From contig CAVQNG010000003.1 in assembly GCA_963713825.1 (NCBI GenBank), forward strand, positions 416,001-480,000: a stretch of 64,000 nt of DNA, read 5' to 3'. A program made the position numbers and the translations under genes. Numbering within the stretch: position 1 is the first letter of the stretch; each line of letters opens with the position of its first letter. The notes below the pieces were generated by a model, which was given only the letters and a program-made list of their open reading frames with translations, was not told the DNA's origin and ran no database searches. Shown here in pieces: positions 20,567 to 32,526 of this stretch. Source of the DNA: an uncultured Acidobacteriota bacterium (GTDB lineage Bacteria > Acidobacteriota > Thermoanaerobaculia > Multivoradales > JAHEKO01).

Positions 20567-22002
20567 TCATGTGGACTCTTCGGTCTCGTTGGCTAGTCGT
20601 GACTGCTCGATGGCGAGGCTGACGCGAAACTCGGTCCGGCCCGGGCGGGATTCGACCGCGATGTCGCCATAATACCGGCGCACCAACCGCCGCGTGATCT
20701 CGAGACCGAGACCAAGACCCTGCCCGGCGGCTTGGTCGTGTAGAACGCGTCGAAGATCCGGGCCTCGATATCCGGCGCGATTCCGGGGCCGTCGTCCACG
20801 ACGCGGACCACGACGCTGTCTAGCTCCCGGCGCGCACTAATGTCGATCGAGCCGGACTCGGGGATGGCGTCGAGAGCATTGTCGATCAGGTTCAACCAGA
20901 CCTGGTTCAGCTCGCCTTCGGTGGCGCAAACTGGAGGGAGGTCTGGTTCGACGTCGAGGGCGATGGCAGCGCACTTGGCTTTGGCCTTTGATGCCAAAAC
21001 CAGTATTGTGTCCCTCAATCCTGTCTCTAGGTTTACGGCATTCGGTGCTGCTGGGTTATCCATCTGGGTGAATCTCTTGACGGCGGCTACCAGCTCGTGG
21101 ATCCGGGTGGCGGCATGCTCGATATCGGTGGCAAGAGAGTGGGTCTCGCACCCGACAGCCATCCAGCGGAGCACGGCATCGAGCGTGTCGCCTGACATCA
21201 CCCGGGCCAAGTCGTCCAGAACTTCGATCTTGACGGCTGTCTCGGCAAGGCGCCCCGCGTGGGTCGGGTCGCAGTGGTGTCGGGTGAGCCAGTCGGCGAA
21301 TTCCTCTTCCCGGTCCGCACGCTCGATCGGTGAGATCGCGTCGCCGGCAGGGTCAGCCAAGCAGGCGGCACGCGCCTGCTCGACCGCCTCCCACAGCTCG
21401 TCCGTAAGCACCGCCGCACCGAGAGTACGGGACGCGGTGTCCGCCTCATCCAGTGCCGCAAGAAGTGTCTTGGCGCCCCGCATCGTAGCGGAGGCGGGGT
21501 TGTTGAGCTCGTGGGCCAAGCCGGCCGCGAGCTTCCCCAGCGAGATCATCTTCTCTTCCTGCAGGTCGCTGGCGTTGAACCGTCGCGCTCTATCGAGCAT
21601 TAGATGCACGGTGAACGCAGTGAACTCCGGGCACCGGTGAACCATCTCCGGGAAGTGCTTTTCATGCACCGTAAGCAGCTCGCACGCCTCTTCGATGACG
21701 TTGTCACCGGGAGGTCCGCTCATCCGGGAGTACGGCAGCATGCCGGTCACCTCTCCGGTGCGCCACCCGATGACCCGACGCGGTCCCGCGCCCCGATCCA
21801 CACGAACAGAAATGTGCCCGGAGAGAATGACCCACAGGTTTTCGATCCGCTTGCCCATCGGCGCCACCACCCTGCCGACTTCGCGCAGCTCGAAGTCTCC
21901 GTGGGCCGCGAGCCACTCCAACTCCTCCCGGGGAATCCCCGCGAGACTCGGCAATGCTGCCAGGCGGTCGACGAGGTCGGCAGTAGGAATAGGCTTCTCC
22001 AT
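20567..22002 (-). CDS. cNMP-domain sensor histidine kinase, frameshifted near 20722
   Basis: cNMP-like N-terminus, LAHELNNP, LIDNA, DDGPGI. After TKPPG the GLGLGLEITRR..RTEFRVSL tail continues in another frame to TGA at 20567-20569. Confidence 0.85.
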
Positions 22003-24876
22003 CAGCTCCCTGAGTCCACTGGCCCCAGATACAAATCGAGCCAGTCCAGTACTTCGCGGATCACCTCGTTGGCGAGGCTGGCACGTTGCAGTCCTCGAGC
22101 AGCACCAGGCGCTTGTGCTCGTCGGGTGTTCCCAGCATGTCGAACATCGGTTTGATGTTGGTCTCCACCGGAGCCCCGAAGTCGTCTCGTCCGTTGATCA
22201 TCAGCGTCGGCACGGTCGAGCGCGGGGCGAAATTCTGCGGAATCGTACCCGGTGCCCAGTCCTCCGGGTAGTGGAACAACCCGCCCGCCAGGAGCACACT
22301 TGCATCGAAGCGCGGCTCGATGGCGGTCATCATCGGACCCACGGTGCCGCCCCAACTCATGCCGTAGTAGGCCACCCTCTCGCTATCGATGTCCTCACGT
22401 GTCTCGAGGAAATCGATCGTTCGCCGCAGGTCCCTGCCGATCTGGATCCTCAGGTCACGTTCGTCATTGGGGCCATGCCGCTCGACCTGGCGTTCGTAGG
22501 TTCCCTGATAGATGGGGTAGACCAGCGCGCGGCCGCTCTTGGGGATGAAGTGTCCGAACGGGAAGCTGGGGTGACGGCTGTCCCTGAGATACCGAGCACT
22601 CGACGGCGGAAAGTAGACCACCGCCTGGTAGGGCGGCTCGACGGCCTTCGGCAGGAAGAGATGAATCGGTAACCGCTCGTCTCCGTACGCCGCTTGCAGG
22701 GACACGACCTCGTGGCGCCAGAACTCCGGATTGTCATCGGTCCATTCGGTCTCCGTGTCGAGCTCCCGTTGGTCGTACTCGAAGTCCCGCAGCACGATCT
22801 GGAAGAGGTCGTCGTCGATGGCGGTGTCCTGTCGATGGTCCTCGACTGTGTGTTCGATCGCGATCAGTGCGGCATCAGGCAGCGGCTCAGAGGTCTGCAT
22901 ACATCGGAAGCCGTTGATCGCCCCCCGGTCATAGGGGTCGGCAGCATCGGTGCTGCGATAGAGGTAGTTGGGCTCCGACCACGCACCTCCCAGGATGTGG
23001 CGCATGTCGCCCGTTCGATTGACGCACCACTCACGGACGTTGCCCGCCATGTCGTAGGTCCCGGTCGGTCCGAGGCCAGAGTAGCTGCCCACCGCCGCTG
23101 GTCCCTCGGTGTCGAAATTGCTCCACAGCAGAATCTCACTGAAGATGCTCTGCTGCGCGGCGTGCCGCCAGTGGAACACCGTCGGCAGGCTCTTGCCGGC
23201 CCAAGCGGCGTAGGCCGACGCCTCGAACCAGCTCACACCTGAGACCGGTAGCTCGTCCTCGCCTTCGGGGTAGTTGCCCAGAGTCCAGTCAGCGGGGCCG
23301 GGACGCCCCGTCGTATCGACAAACGCGCTGCGGTCGACACCCTCATCCCAGAATCGATCGTCGCGATAGCCGCCGTCATCGACGAACGCCTTGTACTCGC
23401 GGTTGGTCACCTCGTACTTGTCGATCCAGAACTCTTCGAGCCCGACTGGGTCAGAGGCGCCGAATTCGGCGGTGCCCGCAGCCACGTAGACCATCCCCGG
23501 CGGCACCTCATCTTCGCGGAACAGCCTGAAGGTCTGTTGCATAGCGAAGGGTGCGCCTTCGAAAGGCAGGTAGCCCTCCTTCTCGATCCGGAACCGGGCG
23601 GGCAATCCGATGGGGACGCTTTCGATGGGAGTCTCACCCAGGAGAATCCACTCTCGCTCGGGGTGGTCGTAGCCCTTGGTGTAGATGGTGGCGCCGGGCG
23701 GATCGGAATCGAAGGACAGCGGAACGGTGATACTGGAGACGTACTCGAGAAGGCGCGGATCCTCCGGAATGATCTCGGATGCTTCGTAGAGCAACCGCAT
23801 CGCACCGTCCCCGATCGCCCGAATCGTGGAGTCGCTCGATCTCAGACAGGGCCTCGTTGCGGGCCCACGACACGCGTGAGTTGCGATGGATCATCCAGGC
23901 TGCACCAGCGGCGATCAGCACGACGAGTAGTGACATGCTGGCGAGCACCCCCGGGCGTCGCAAGAGTGCTCCGAGCCCGGCCGTCGGCGCATCGAGCCGT
24001 CGCTTCAGCGCCAGCAACGCGTCGTGGAGCTCCTGACCCGAGGCAAAGCGCTTCTCGGGCTCCTTCGCCAGGCTCTGGGCAAGGATCTCTTTCAGGTCGG
24101 CCGGTACATCGTGCCGCCCTTCGTCGAGCGGTGCGGGCTCGTCACGCAGAATCGACGACACCGTGTCGAGACTCGACTCGCCTGCAAAGGGCTGCTTTCC
24201 GGTGAGCATCTCGTACAGCAGTACTCCGAATGAGAAGACGTCCGTGCGCGCATCGACCGGCATGACCCTGTACCTGCTCGGGCGACATGTAGGCCAGCGT
24301 TCCGAGGACCTGGCCGGCCCGCGTGACCTGTGGCGAGGCGAGGGCGGTGAGGGTCGGCATCTCGGACGCCATCGGTACTTCGGACGGTTCGCCGTCACCA
24401 ATCAGCTTGCTCAGGCCGAAGTCGAGGATCTTCGGAACACCCTCGTCCGTCAGCACCACGTTGTCCGGTTTCAGGTCGCGGTGCAGCACTCCCTCGCGGT
24501 GGGCTCTCGCAAGGCCAGCCGCGATTCCGGTAGCGATGTCCACCGCTGTCTCCACCTCGAGCGGCTCGTCACGGACCAGGCTGCGGAGCGCCTCGCCACG
24601 CACCAGCTCCATGACGATAAAGGTCACCCCATCTTGCTCGCCGACGTCGTGGACCGTAGCGATGTTGGGGTGATTGAACGCCGCCGCCAACCGCGCCTCC
24701 TGATGGAATCGCGCGCTGCGCTCCGGATCTCGTGTCAGCTCCGGTGGCAGGACCTTCACGGCGACGTTGCGATCGAGTCGCGTATCGGTCGCCTCGTAGA
24801 CCACACCCATACCGCCCTCGCCGATCTTCTTGATCAGGCGGTAGTGGAGTAGTTGTTGTCCGGCCTCGATAGTCAC
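22002..24876 (-). pseudogene. Ser/Thr kinase / FGE-sulfatase / alpha-beta hydrolase fusion broken by three frameshifts (pseudogene or assembly error)
   Basis: Four overlapping ORFs join into one protein: kinase (HRDLKPDN, DFG), TM helix, FGE-type domain (IDKYEVTN, YDMAGNVREW, GFRC) and hydrolase (GMSWGG, GRDDF). Shifts at ~24264, ~23810 and ~22072. Confidence 0.85.
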
Positions 24877-25077
24877 GTTGCATTCCTCCCCGGTTGCGCC
24901 GAAGGGCTGAGTCAGGTTCTCGCTACTCGAAACCGGGGTTCGTCCAGATTCTACCGCGATCCCTCGAGCTCTTTGGAGCCACCTGGTCTCGACCCGGAGT
25001 CGAGACTGCGACCGCTATCGCACGCACGCCTGATCAGGAGAGGGCAAACCTCTCGCCTACAACTAGGACTACGGGTC

Positions 25078-25167
25078 TTACATCGACCTCAATTCATAGA
25101 TCCTGACGCTCGCGATGTATGGATTGCCTCGTGCGATCTCTTCAGCCGCGTCTAGGTCTTCGGCTTC
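25078..25167 (-). pseudogene. Possible C-terminal remnant of a YciI-like protein
   Basis: EAEDLDAAEEIARGNPYIASVRIYELRSM-stop resembles YCII-domain C-termini; no start codon nearby. Confidence 0.45.
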
Positions 25168-25286
25168 CGAGCCTCGGCTCGCTCGTGTGCGTCGTGCTCC
25201 CGCTTTCGCTTCACAAGCAGTGGCACCAGAGCGACAACAAGGGCGACCAAGCTCACCGGCGGCAGTCTCGAGTGTTCATCGCTCAT
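25152..25286 (-). CDS. 44-aa small ORF with a hydrophobic segment
   Basis: MSDEHSRLPPVSLVALVVALVPLLVKRKREHDAHERAEARKPKT, preceded by GAGGGAAGAGG; below the ORF-track cutoff. Confidence 0.35.
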   Translation of the reverse strand: MSDEHSRLPPVSLVALVVALVPLLVKRKREHDAHERAEARKPKT

Positions 25287-25319
25287 GGGGTGGTCCTCTT
25301 CCCTCGGACTCGAGGCGAT

Positions 25320-26819
25320 CTACCCGACCGCTGGAGCTGGTCCTGGCTCGCCGCGGTAGCGGTAGTACTCGATGCCAAAGTCGATGAAGTCCTTCTCCTC
25401 GCGCTGCCCGACGCTCTCGACCAGGAACTCCTCACGATGGTCGTAGGTCAGGCCTGGTGAATGACCGTCATCGTGCAGCTGGCGGTACTCCTCGTCGCTC
25501 AAGTCGACGTAGTAGGACAGCGCCTTGGCGAAGCCGATCTTCGCTGCAGCCTCCTGCCAGCCTTTCACCAGCTTGACCGGGATCGCTTCCGAGGCGTCGC
25601 CGCTGCCATAACCGACAAGCAAGATCTCCTCGCCTTCGAGCTGTGACTCTTCCTCGAGCGCCTGCTCGATACCCGCCGCAAGCCAGGCGAACAGCGCACC
25701 GGTGTAGATATTGCCGACGTTCATCATGAGATCGCTTCCCAGGCGCATCTTCGCCAGCACCAGGTCCGGATACTCCTCGGTCTTGCGGAACGTCTTGAGA
25801 AGCTGCACGCAATTGGGGTAGATCTCCTCTCCCAGAGCGTCACGGTACACGAGGTCCCGCACCACCGGCACGGAGTCCATCTCGGCGATCACGTCGTCGA
25901 CATCGACCTCGGCAAGGTCGCAGTACCTCTCCAGCTCACCTCTTGCCCTCTCGTCGTCGTGGGCGAGCGAGAAGAGGTAGCCCATCGCCCAGCCGCTCTC
26001 CGGCATGCGGCGGTACGGCCGGTGCAGAAATACCGCTGCCAGGTCGCGGTAGTACGGTGGGGCATGGATGGCCCGTCGCGTGAACATGTCCTCGAGCGAG
26101 CGCAAGGTCGCTTCGCTATAGCAGGTCGTCGAGTACTTCCCATTGAAGACCGGCAGGTCCTGCAATTGGCCCATGGGCCTCGGCTTCTGCCCCACGAAAC
26201 GGCTGAGGGGCTTGCGGAAATCAGGTCCTCTGTAGTCCGAAGAGCTACCACTGCCCTCGAGATGGACCTCGAGCAGCTTGGGGGCCTCCTCCACCAGCAT
26301 GGCGACGGCGCCGGCTCCCTGCGTCGGTTCTCCGCTGCTGTCGCGAGCGTACTCCGCAATGTCGGAGCAGACGACGATCGCTTGTGAGCCCTTCCCGTCG
26401 GCCATCAAGTAGCGCACAGCACTCTTGAGAGCGTAGACGCCGCCGAGACAGGCGTGCTTGAACTCCGGCACCTCGCACCCACGGGCCAGCAGCTCCTTTT
26501 TGCGGGCGCGCAAGGCATCATCGATCATGCCGCGGACGATCACGGCTCCCGCGGAATTGTCGGTGCTCGATTCGGTGCCAAGGGCGAGGTAGCGAACTCT
26601 TTGCGGATCCACGTCGAACGCGTCGATCAGTCGCAAAACCGCCGTGGCAGCCATCGTATAGGCGTTGTGTTCCGGACCGCGCATGCGGAAACTGCTCCCG
26701 ACGACGGCCTGGATCTTGCCGTAGTTGGCATCCGTCCAGTCACACCAATCTTCGAGGTTCACCCTGTAGGGCGGCACATACAGCGAGAGTCCACTGATGC
26801 CTACTTGCTGCTGGCTCAT
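25320..26819 (-). CDS. Hydroxymethylglutaryl-CoA synthase family protein
   Basis: VGISGLSLYVP, LGTESSTD (Glu), FKHACLGG (Cys), GEPTQGAGAVA, FLHRPY (His), VGNIYTG. Confidence 0.9.
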   Translation of the reverse strand: MSQQQVGISGLSLYVPPYRVNLEDWCDWTDANYGKIQAVVGSSFRMRGPEHNAYTMAATAVLRLIDAFDVDPQRVRYLALGTESSTDNSAGAVIVRGMIDDALRARKKELLARGCEVPEFKHACLGGVYALKSAVRYLMADGKGSQAIVVCSDIAEYARDSSGEPTQGAGAVAMLVEEAPKLLEVHLEGSGSSSDYRGPDFRKPLSRFVGQKPRPMGQLQDLPVFNGKYSTTCYSEATLRSLEDMFTRRAIHAPPYYRDLAAVFLHRPYRRMPESGWAMGYLFSLAHDDERARGELERYCDLAEVDVDDVIAEMDSVPVVRDLVYRDALGEEIYPNCVQLLKTFRKTEEYPDLVLAKMRLGSDLMMNVGNIYTGALFAWLAAGIEQALEEESQLEGEEILLVGYGSGDASEAIPVKLVKGWQEAAAKIGFAKALSYYVDLSDEEYRQLHDDGHSPGLTYDHREEFLVESVGQREEKDFIDFGIEYYRYRGEPGPAPAVG

Positions 26820-27153
26820 GATGGTTCTTCCCTCCCAGATCGCGACGTGATCGTGAACAGACGTGCTGCGGTCTTCGGGTAAGCGGCAATTGTGCCAGAG
26901 ATCAGCCAGCTCTGACCACCGCCATGCCGCGACCTGGCCGCCTTTTTCGAACGGTATCTGGCTCGATGATCCTCCGAGGGTCCATTCGGACCGGACCACC
27001 ACTGGACCACTGACCTGCCCCAGTGTTTGCACCACCCATTGGGGCGCCCCAAATTGAGTGCCTGAATCAGAATAGTGACAGGAGTAGAATTCTGGGGGAG
27101 CGAGATCCGATGAGGCGTTGTGACATCGCGGGTACACCTGCTGGGAGGGGAAC

Positions 27154-28134
27154 ATGAACGAGAGGAGTCTCAAGATTCTCGAAGAGGGTGTCGGCGACCT
27201 GCTGACGCCCATCGACCTCGATGCCTTCCGCGCTCACAACCGGGCCAAGGAGAAAGGTCTGGTGGACAAGCGGATGAGCGAGAAGGAGGCCATCCGGCGA
27301 TTCGTCGACGAGGGCGACTACGTCGGAGTGGAGCTCTACGGCACAGTGCGCTGCCCAATGTCGCTGACCCGCGAGCTCATCCGGGCGGGTTACCGCAGCC
27401 TGCGCGGCGTGGGCCAGGGGGTCTACGAATCGGATCTCTTCGCCGCTGCCGGCTCGTTCAAGGCCTTGGACTGGACCTATATCGGTCTCGAGGTCTACGG
27501 CGTGTCGTCCAACCTTCGGCGGGCCGTCGAATCGGGCTATGTGGAGAACATCGTCGAATGGTCCAACGCCGCCCTGGCCTGGAGATTCAAGGCGGCGGCC
27601 ATGGGGGTGCCCTTCCTGCCGACGCGCTCCATGCTGGGGACCGATACCCTCAAGTACTCGGCCGCCAAAGTGGTGGAGTGCCCTTTCACCGGCGAGCCAA
27701 TCTGTTTGCTGCCGGCGCTGATTCTCGATGTGGGCATCATCCATGTGAATCGTGCGGACAAGCACGGCAACTGCCAGATCGACGGCATCTCGGGTTTTGC
27801 AGCCGAGATGGCCTGTGCTTCGAAGAGGGTCATCGTCTCGGCCGAGGAGATCGTCGACACCGAGGCCATTCGACGGAAGCCCGATCGCACCATCATTCCC
27901 TGGTACGTGGTCGACGCCGTCGTCGAAGCACCCTTTGGCTCCCACCCCGGGGAGATGAGCGGCATGTACGAGCGCGACGAGGAGCACATCCGCTCCTATT
28001 TCGAGAGCACCAAGGACGTCGAAAAGGTGAAGGCCTATCTCGACAAGTGGGTCTACGGGGTGGAGACTCACGAAGCCTACCTCGACCTGGTGGGTAGAGA
28101 ACGGCTGGAGGACCTGAGGATCAAAGGGGCTTGA
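27154..28134 (+). CDS. CoA-transferase subunit A (glutaconate CoA-transferase GctA-like)
   Basis: EWSNAAL..FKAAAMGVPFLPTRSMLGTD, HVNRADKHGN, IVSAEEIV, APFGSHP. Confidence 0.9.
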   Translation: MNERSLKILEEGVGDLLTPIDLDAFRAHNRAKEKGLVDKRMSEKEAIRRFVDEGDYVGVELYGTVRCPMSLTRELIRAGYRSLRGVGQGVYESDLFAAAGSFKALDWTYIGLEVYGVSSNLRRAVESGYVENIVEWSNAALAWRFKAAAMGVPFLPTRSMLGTDTLKYSAAKVVECPFTGEPICLLPALILDVGIIHVNRADKHGNCQIDGISGFAAEMACASKRVIVSAEEIVDTEAIRRKPDRTIIPWYVVDAVVEAPFGSHPGEMSGMYERDEEHIRSYFESTKDVEKVKAYLDKWVYGVETHEAYLDLVGRERLEDLRIKGA

Positions 28135-28135
28135 G

Positions 28136-28903
28136 ATGGCAGAAGAGAGCTACACCAGCACCGAGTTGATGATCTGCCTGGCCAGCCGCACCATGGCCGA
28201 CAATGCGACCGCTTTCATCGGCACCGGCATTCCCATGCTGGCAGCGTCGCTGGCGCAGAAGATGCACGCCAAGAACCTGACGCCGGTCTTCGAGTTCGGG
28301 GGCACCGGCGCCATCCTCGAGAAGCTCCCTCTGGCGGTGGGGGACATGCGCACCTATAACAGGGGCCTCCACGCCGCCGGCATCTGCACCGCCATGGAGG
28401 CGGCGCAACGCGGCTTCATCGAGTATGGGTTTCTCGGCGGCGCCCAGATCGATGCCTTCGGCAACCTCAACAGCACAGTAATCGGCGAGCAGTCGTCGCC
28501 GAAAGTACGACTGCCGGGATCGGGAGGCGGCAACGACGTGGGCTCCGCCTGCTGGCGCACCATCGTCATCATGCGGCAATCGCCCCGGACCTTTGTGTCC
28601 GAGGTCGACTTCCTCACCACTCCTGGCTATCTCGACGGGCCTGGAGCGCGAGAGCGCGCCGGCCTTCCGGTTGACACTGGCCCCTTCCGAGTCGTCACCG
28701 ATCTCTGCACCCTCGACTTCGAGGACAAGAGCAAGCGCATGCGCCTGCTGGCGCTCAATCCGGGGGTCGAGCTGGAGCAGGCACAAGCCGCCACCGGCTT
28801 TGAGATACTTCTGCCAGACGAGATCGGCCGCAACGAGGAGCCCAGCACCGAAGAGTTGCGCCTCCTGCGCGATGAGATCGATAAGGATCGCCTCTACATC
28901 TGA
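28136..28903 (+). CDS. CoA-transferase subunit B (GctB-like)
   Basis: FIGTGIP, PVFEFG (catalytic Glu position), FLGGAQIDAFGNLNS, RLPGSGGGND. Confidence 0.9.
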   Translation: MAEESYTSTELMICLASRTMADNATAFIGTGIPMLAASLAQKMHAKNLTPVFEFGGTGAILEKLPLAVGDMRTYNRGLHAAGICTAMEAAQRGFIEYGFLGGAQIDAFGNLNSTVIGEQSSPKVRLPGSGGGNDVGSACWRTIVIMRQSPRTFVSEVDFLTTPGYLDGPGARERAGLPVDTGPFRVVTDLCTLDFEDKSKRMRLLALNPGVELEQAQAATGFEILLPDEIGRNEEPSTEELRLLRDEIDKDRLYI

Positions 28904-28930
28904 CGCCGTTCCAGACTCGAGGCGGGGTAA

Positions 28931-31192
<2,262 letters not shown>

Positions 31193-31267
31193 TCTCGACG
31201 GGAAGGACATCCGTCGAGGGCGCCTCGATCAGGATCGGACGGCCACCCGCGATCAGCAGGCGGATAC

Positions 31268-31372
31268 AACTCTCACTGCAGGGGCGGCCCTTGCGGCCGC
31301 CCCACAGCGAGAGGGGACAAGCCCCTCCCCCCGCAGAACTCGTTCAAGAAATGGTGGACTGGGTGGGGTCGA
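31268..31372 (+). repeat. Composite intergenic module, copy 1 (REP hairpin plus a tRNA-3'-like stub)
   Basis: ACTCTC..TGCAGGGGCGGCCCTTGCGGCCGCCC..CAAGCCCCTCCCCCCGCA, then TGGTGGACTGGGTGGGGTCGA. Confidence 0.75.
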
Positions 31373-31381
31373 TATACCCGT

Positions 31382-32314
31382 CTACTTGAATGGATCCAGT
31401 CTTCGAACCACTTTCATGTCGATCCAGTAGACGTCTCTACTGCCGCCCGTATCGCTGTTGAAGAAGAGGTACTTTCCATCCGAAGTGATGAACGGGCGAT
31501 TCTCAGAGCCGGGTGTGTTCACACCATCACCGAGGTTTATCGAGGGAGACCATTGGCCATCTCGATCCTTGAACGACACATAGAGATCATCCATGCCCAG
31601 TCCACTCGGCTTCTTCGAACAGAACACCAGCATGCTCCCGTCCGGCGAGATTGCAGGGTCCCATTCATCCCACTGCGTGTTGATGTTCTCCCCCAGACGC
31701 ATGGGCTCGGAATAGGCGCCGTTCCTGAACTGAGCAGAGAGGATCTCAGAAAGGCCATCATCACCTTCGAACCTCCTGAAGAAATAGAGGGTCTTGTCAT
31801 TCGAAACAGACGGATATGAATCGTGAAGAGGGGAGTTGACAGGAGCTCCCAGATGTACCGGTTCTGACCAAGAACCGTTGCTGTTCTCAACCAGCCAGAT
31901 GTCACTCGACTCGTTCTCTTCATCTCCTCCGCCCAGGGGTCTGTTCGAGGTGAAGTACAGCCTTGCTTCGTTGGGAGCGAAGGTGAAATCTCCGAAACCG
32001 AACCCCTCCATGAAGAACGGTGCAATTTCGGGTCTCGTCCATTCGCCGTTCTTCCTCTCCAGGACAAAGACCCTGGTGTCTTCCCTCCAGTGCCTCCTGA
32101 ACACAGCATGGTCGCCATCATGAGAGAAAGTCAGGCATCCTTCAGGGGCATCTGTGGAGATGATCACCGGAGCAAACAGCTCTGGAGTCATCCCCGGCGG
32201 TTTCTGGCCGAGATAGTCCCCTTTGAGCACTGGGACATCTTCATCGGTCGAGACCGCTGTCAAGGCAGGGAATGACAGAAACATGAGACTCAAACAAATG
32301 GCCCCTTGCTTCAT
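31382..32314 (-). CDS. Exported PD40/TolB-like beta-propeller protein
   Basis: YLGQKPPGMTPELFAP, PAISPDGSMLVF, PFITSDGKYLFF; paralog of 7761-8702. Confidence 0.85.
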   Translation of the reverse strand: MKQGAICLSLMFLSFPALTAVSTDEDVPVLKGDYLGQKPPGMTPELFAPVIISTDAPEGCLTFSHDGDHAVFRRHWREDTRVFVLERKNGEWTRPEIAPFFMEGFGFGDFTFAPNEARLYFTSNRPLGGGDEENESSDIWLVENSNGSWSEPVHLGAPVNSPLHDSYPSVSNDKTLYFFRRFEGDDGLSEILSAQFRNGAYSEPMRLGENINTQWDEWDPAISPDGSMLVFCSKKPSGLGMDDLYVSFKDRDGQWSPSINLGDGVNTPGSENRPFITSDGKYLFFNSDTGGSRDVYWIDMKVVRRLDPFK

Positions 32315-32526
32315 GATGATTCACCTCCTGATTTCGAATTGATGGCTGGCTAGGCTTCTGTCACACGTCGAGACATCTCCCTCTCTACCAAACGCACATC
32401 TGACGGCTGAGGTTTCGCAGACATGGCCACGAGCAGTTGGATCGTCGCCGGTTTTGAAGACCAGTAAGGGTATTCGGATCGCTATGGGGCTAGAATCACG
32501 CCAAGACCAGGAGCTCAATAGCCGCC

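Noticed and set aside
26820-27212. N-terminal extension of HMG-CoA synthase in the ORF track
   Set aside because: Family similarity begins at MSQQQVGI, which has a GGGAGG RBS; the extension overlaps the divergent CoA-transferase start.
31194-31218. Hairpin after katG as an intrinsic terminator
   Set aside because: It has an 8-bp stem but no U tract, so support is too weak.
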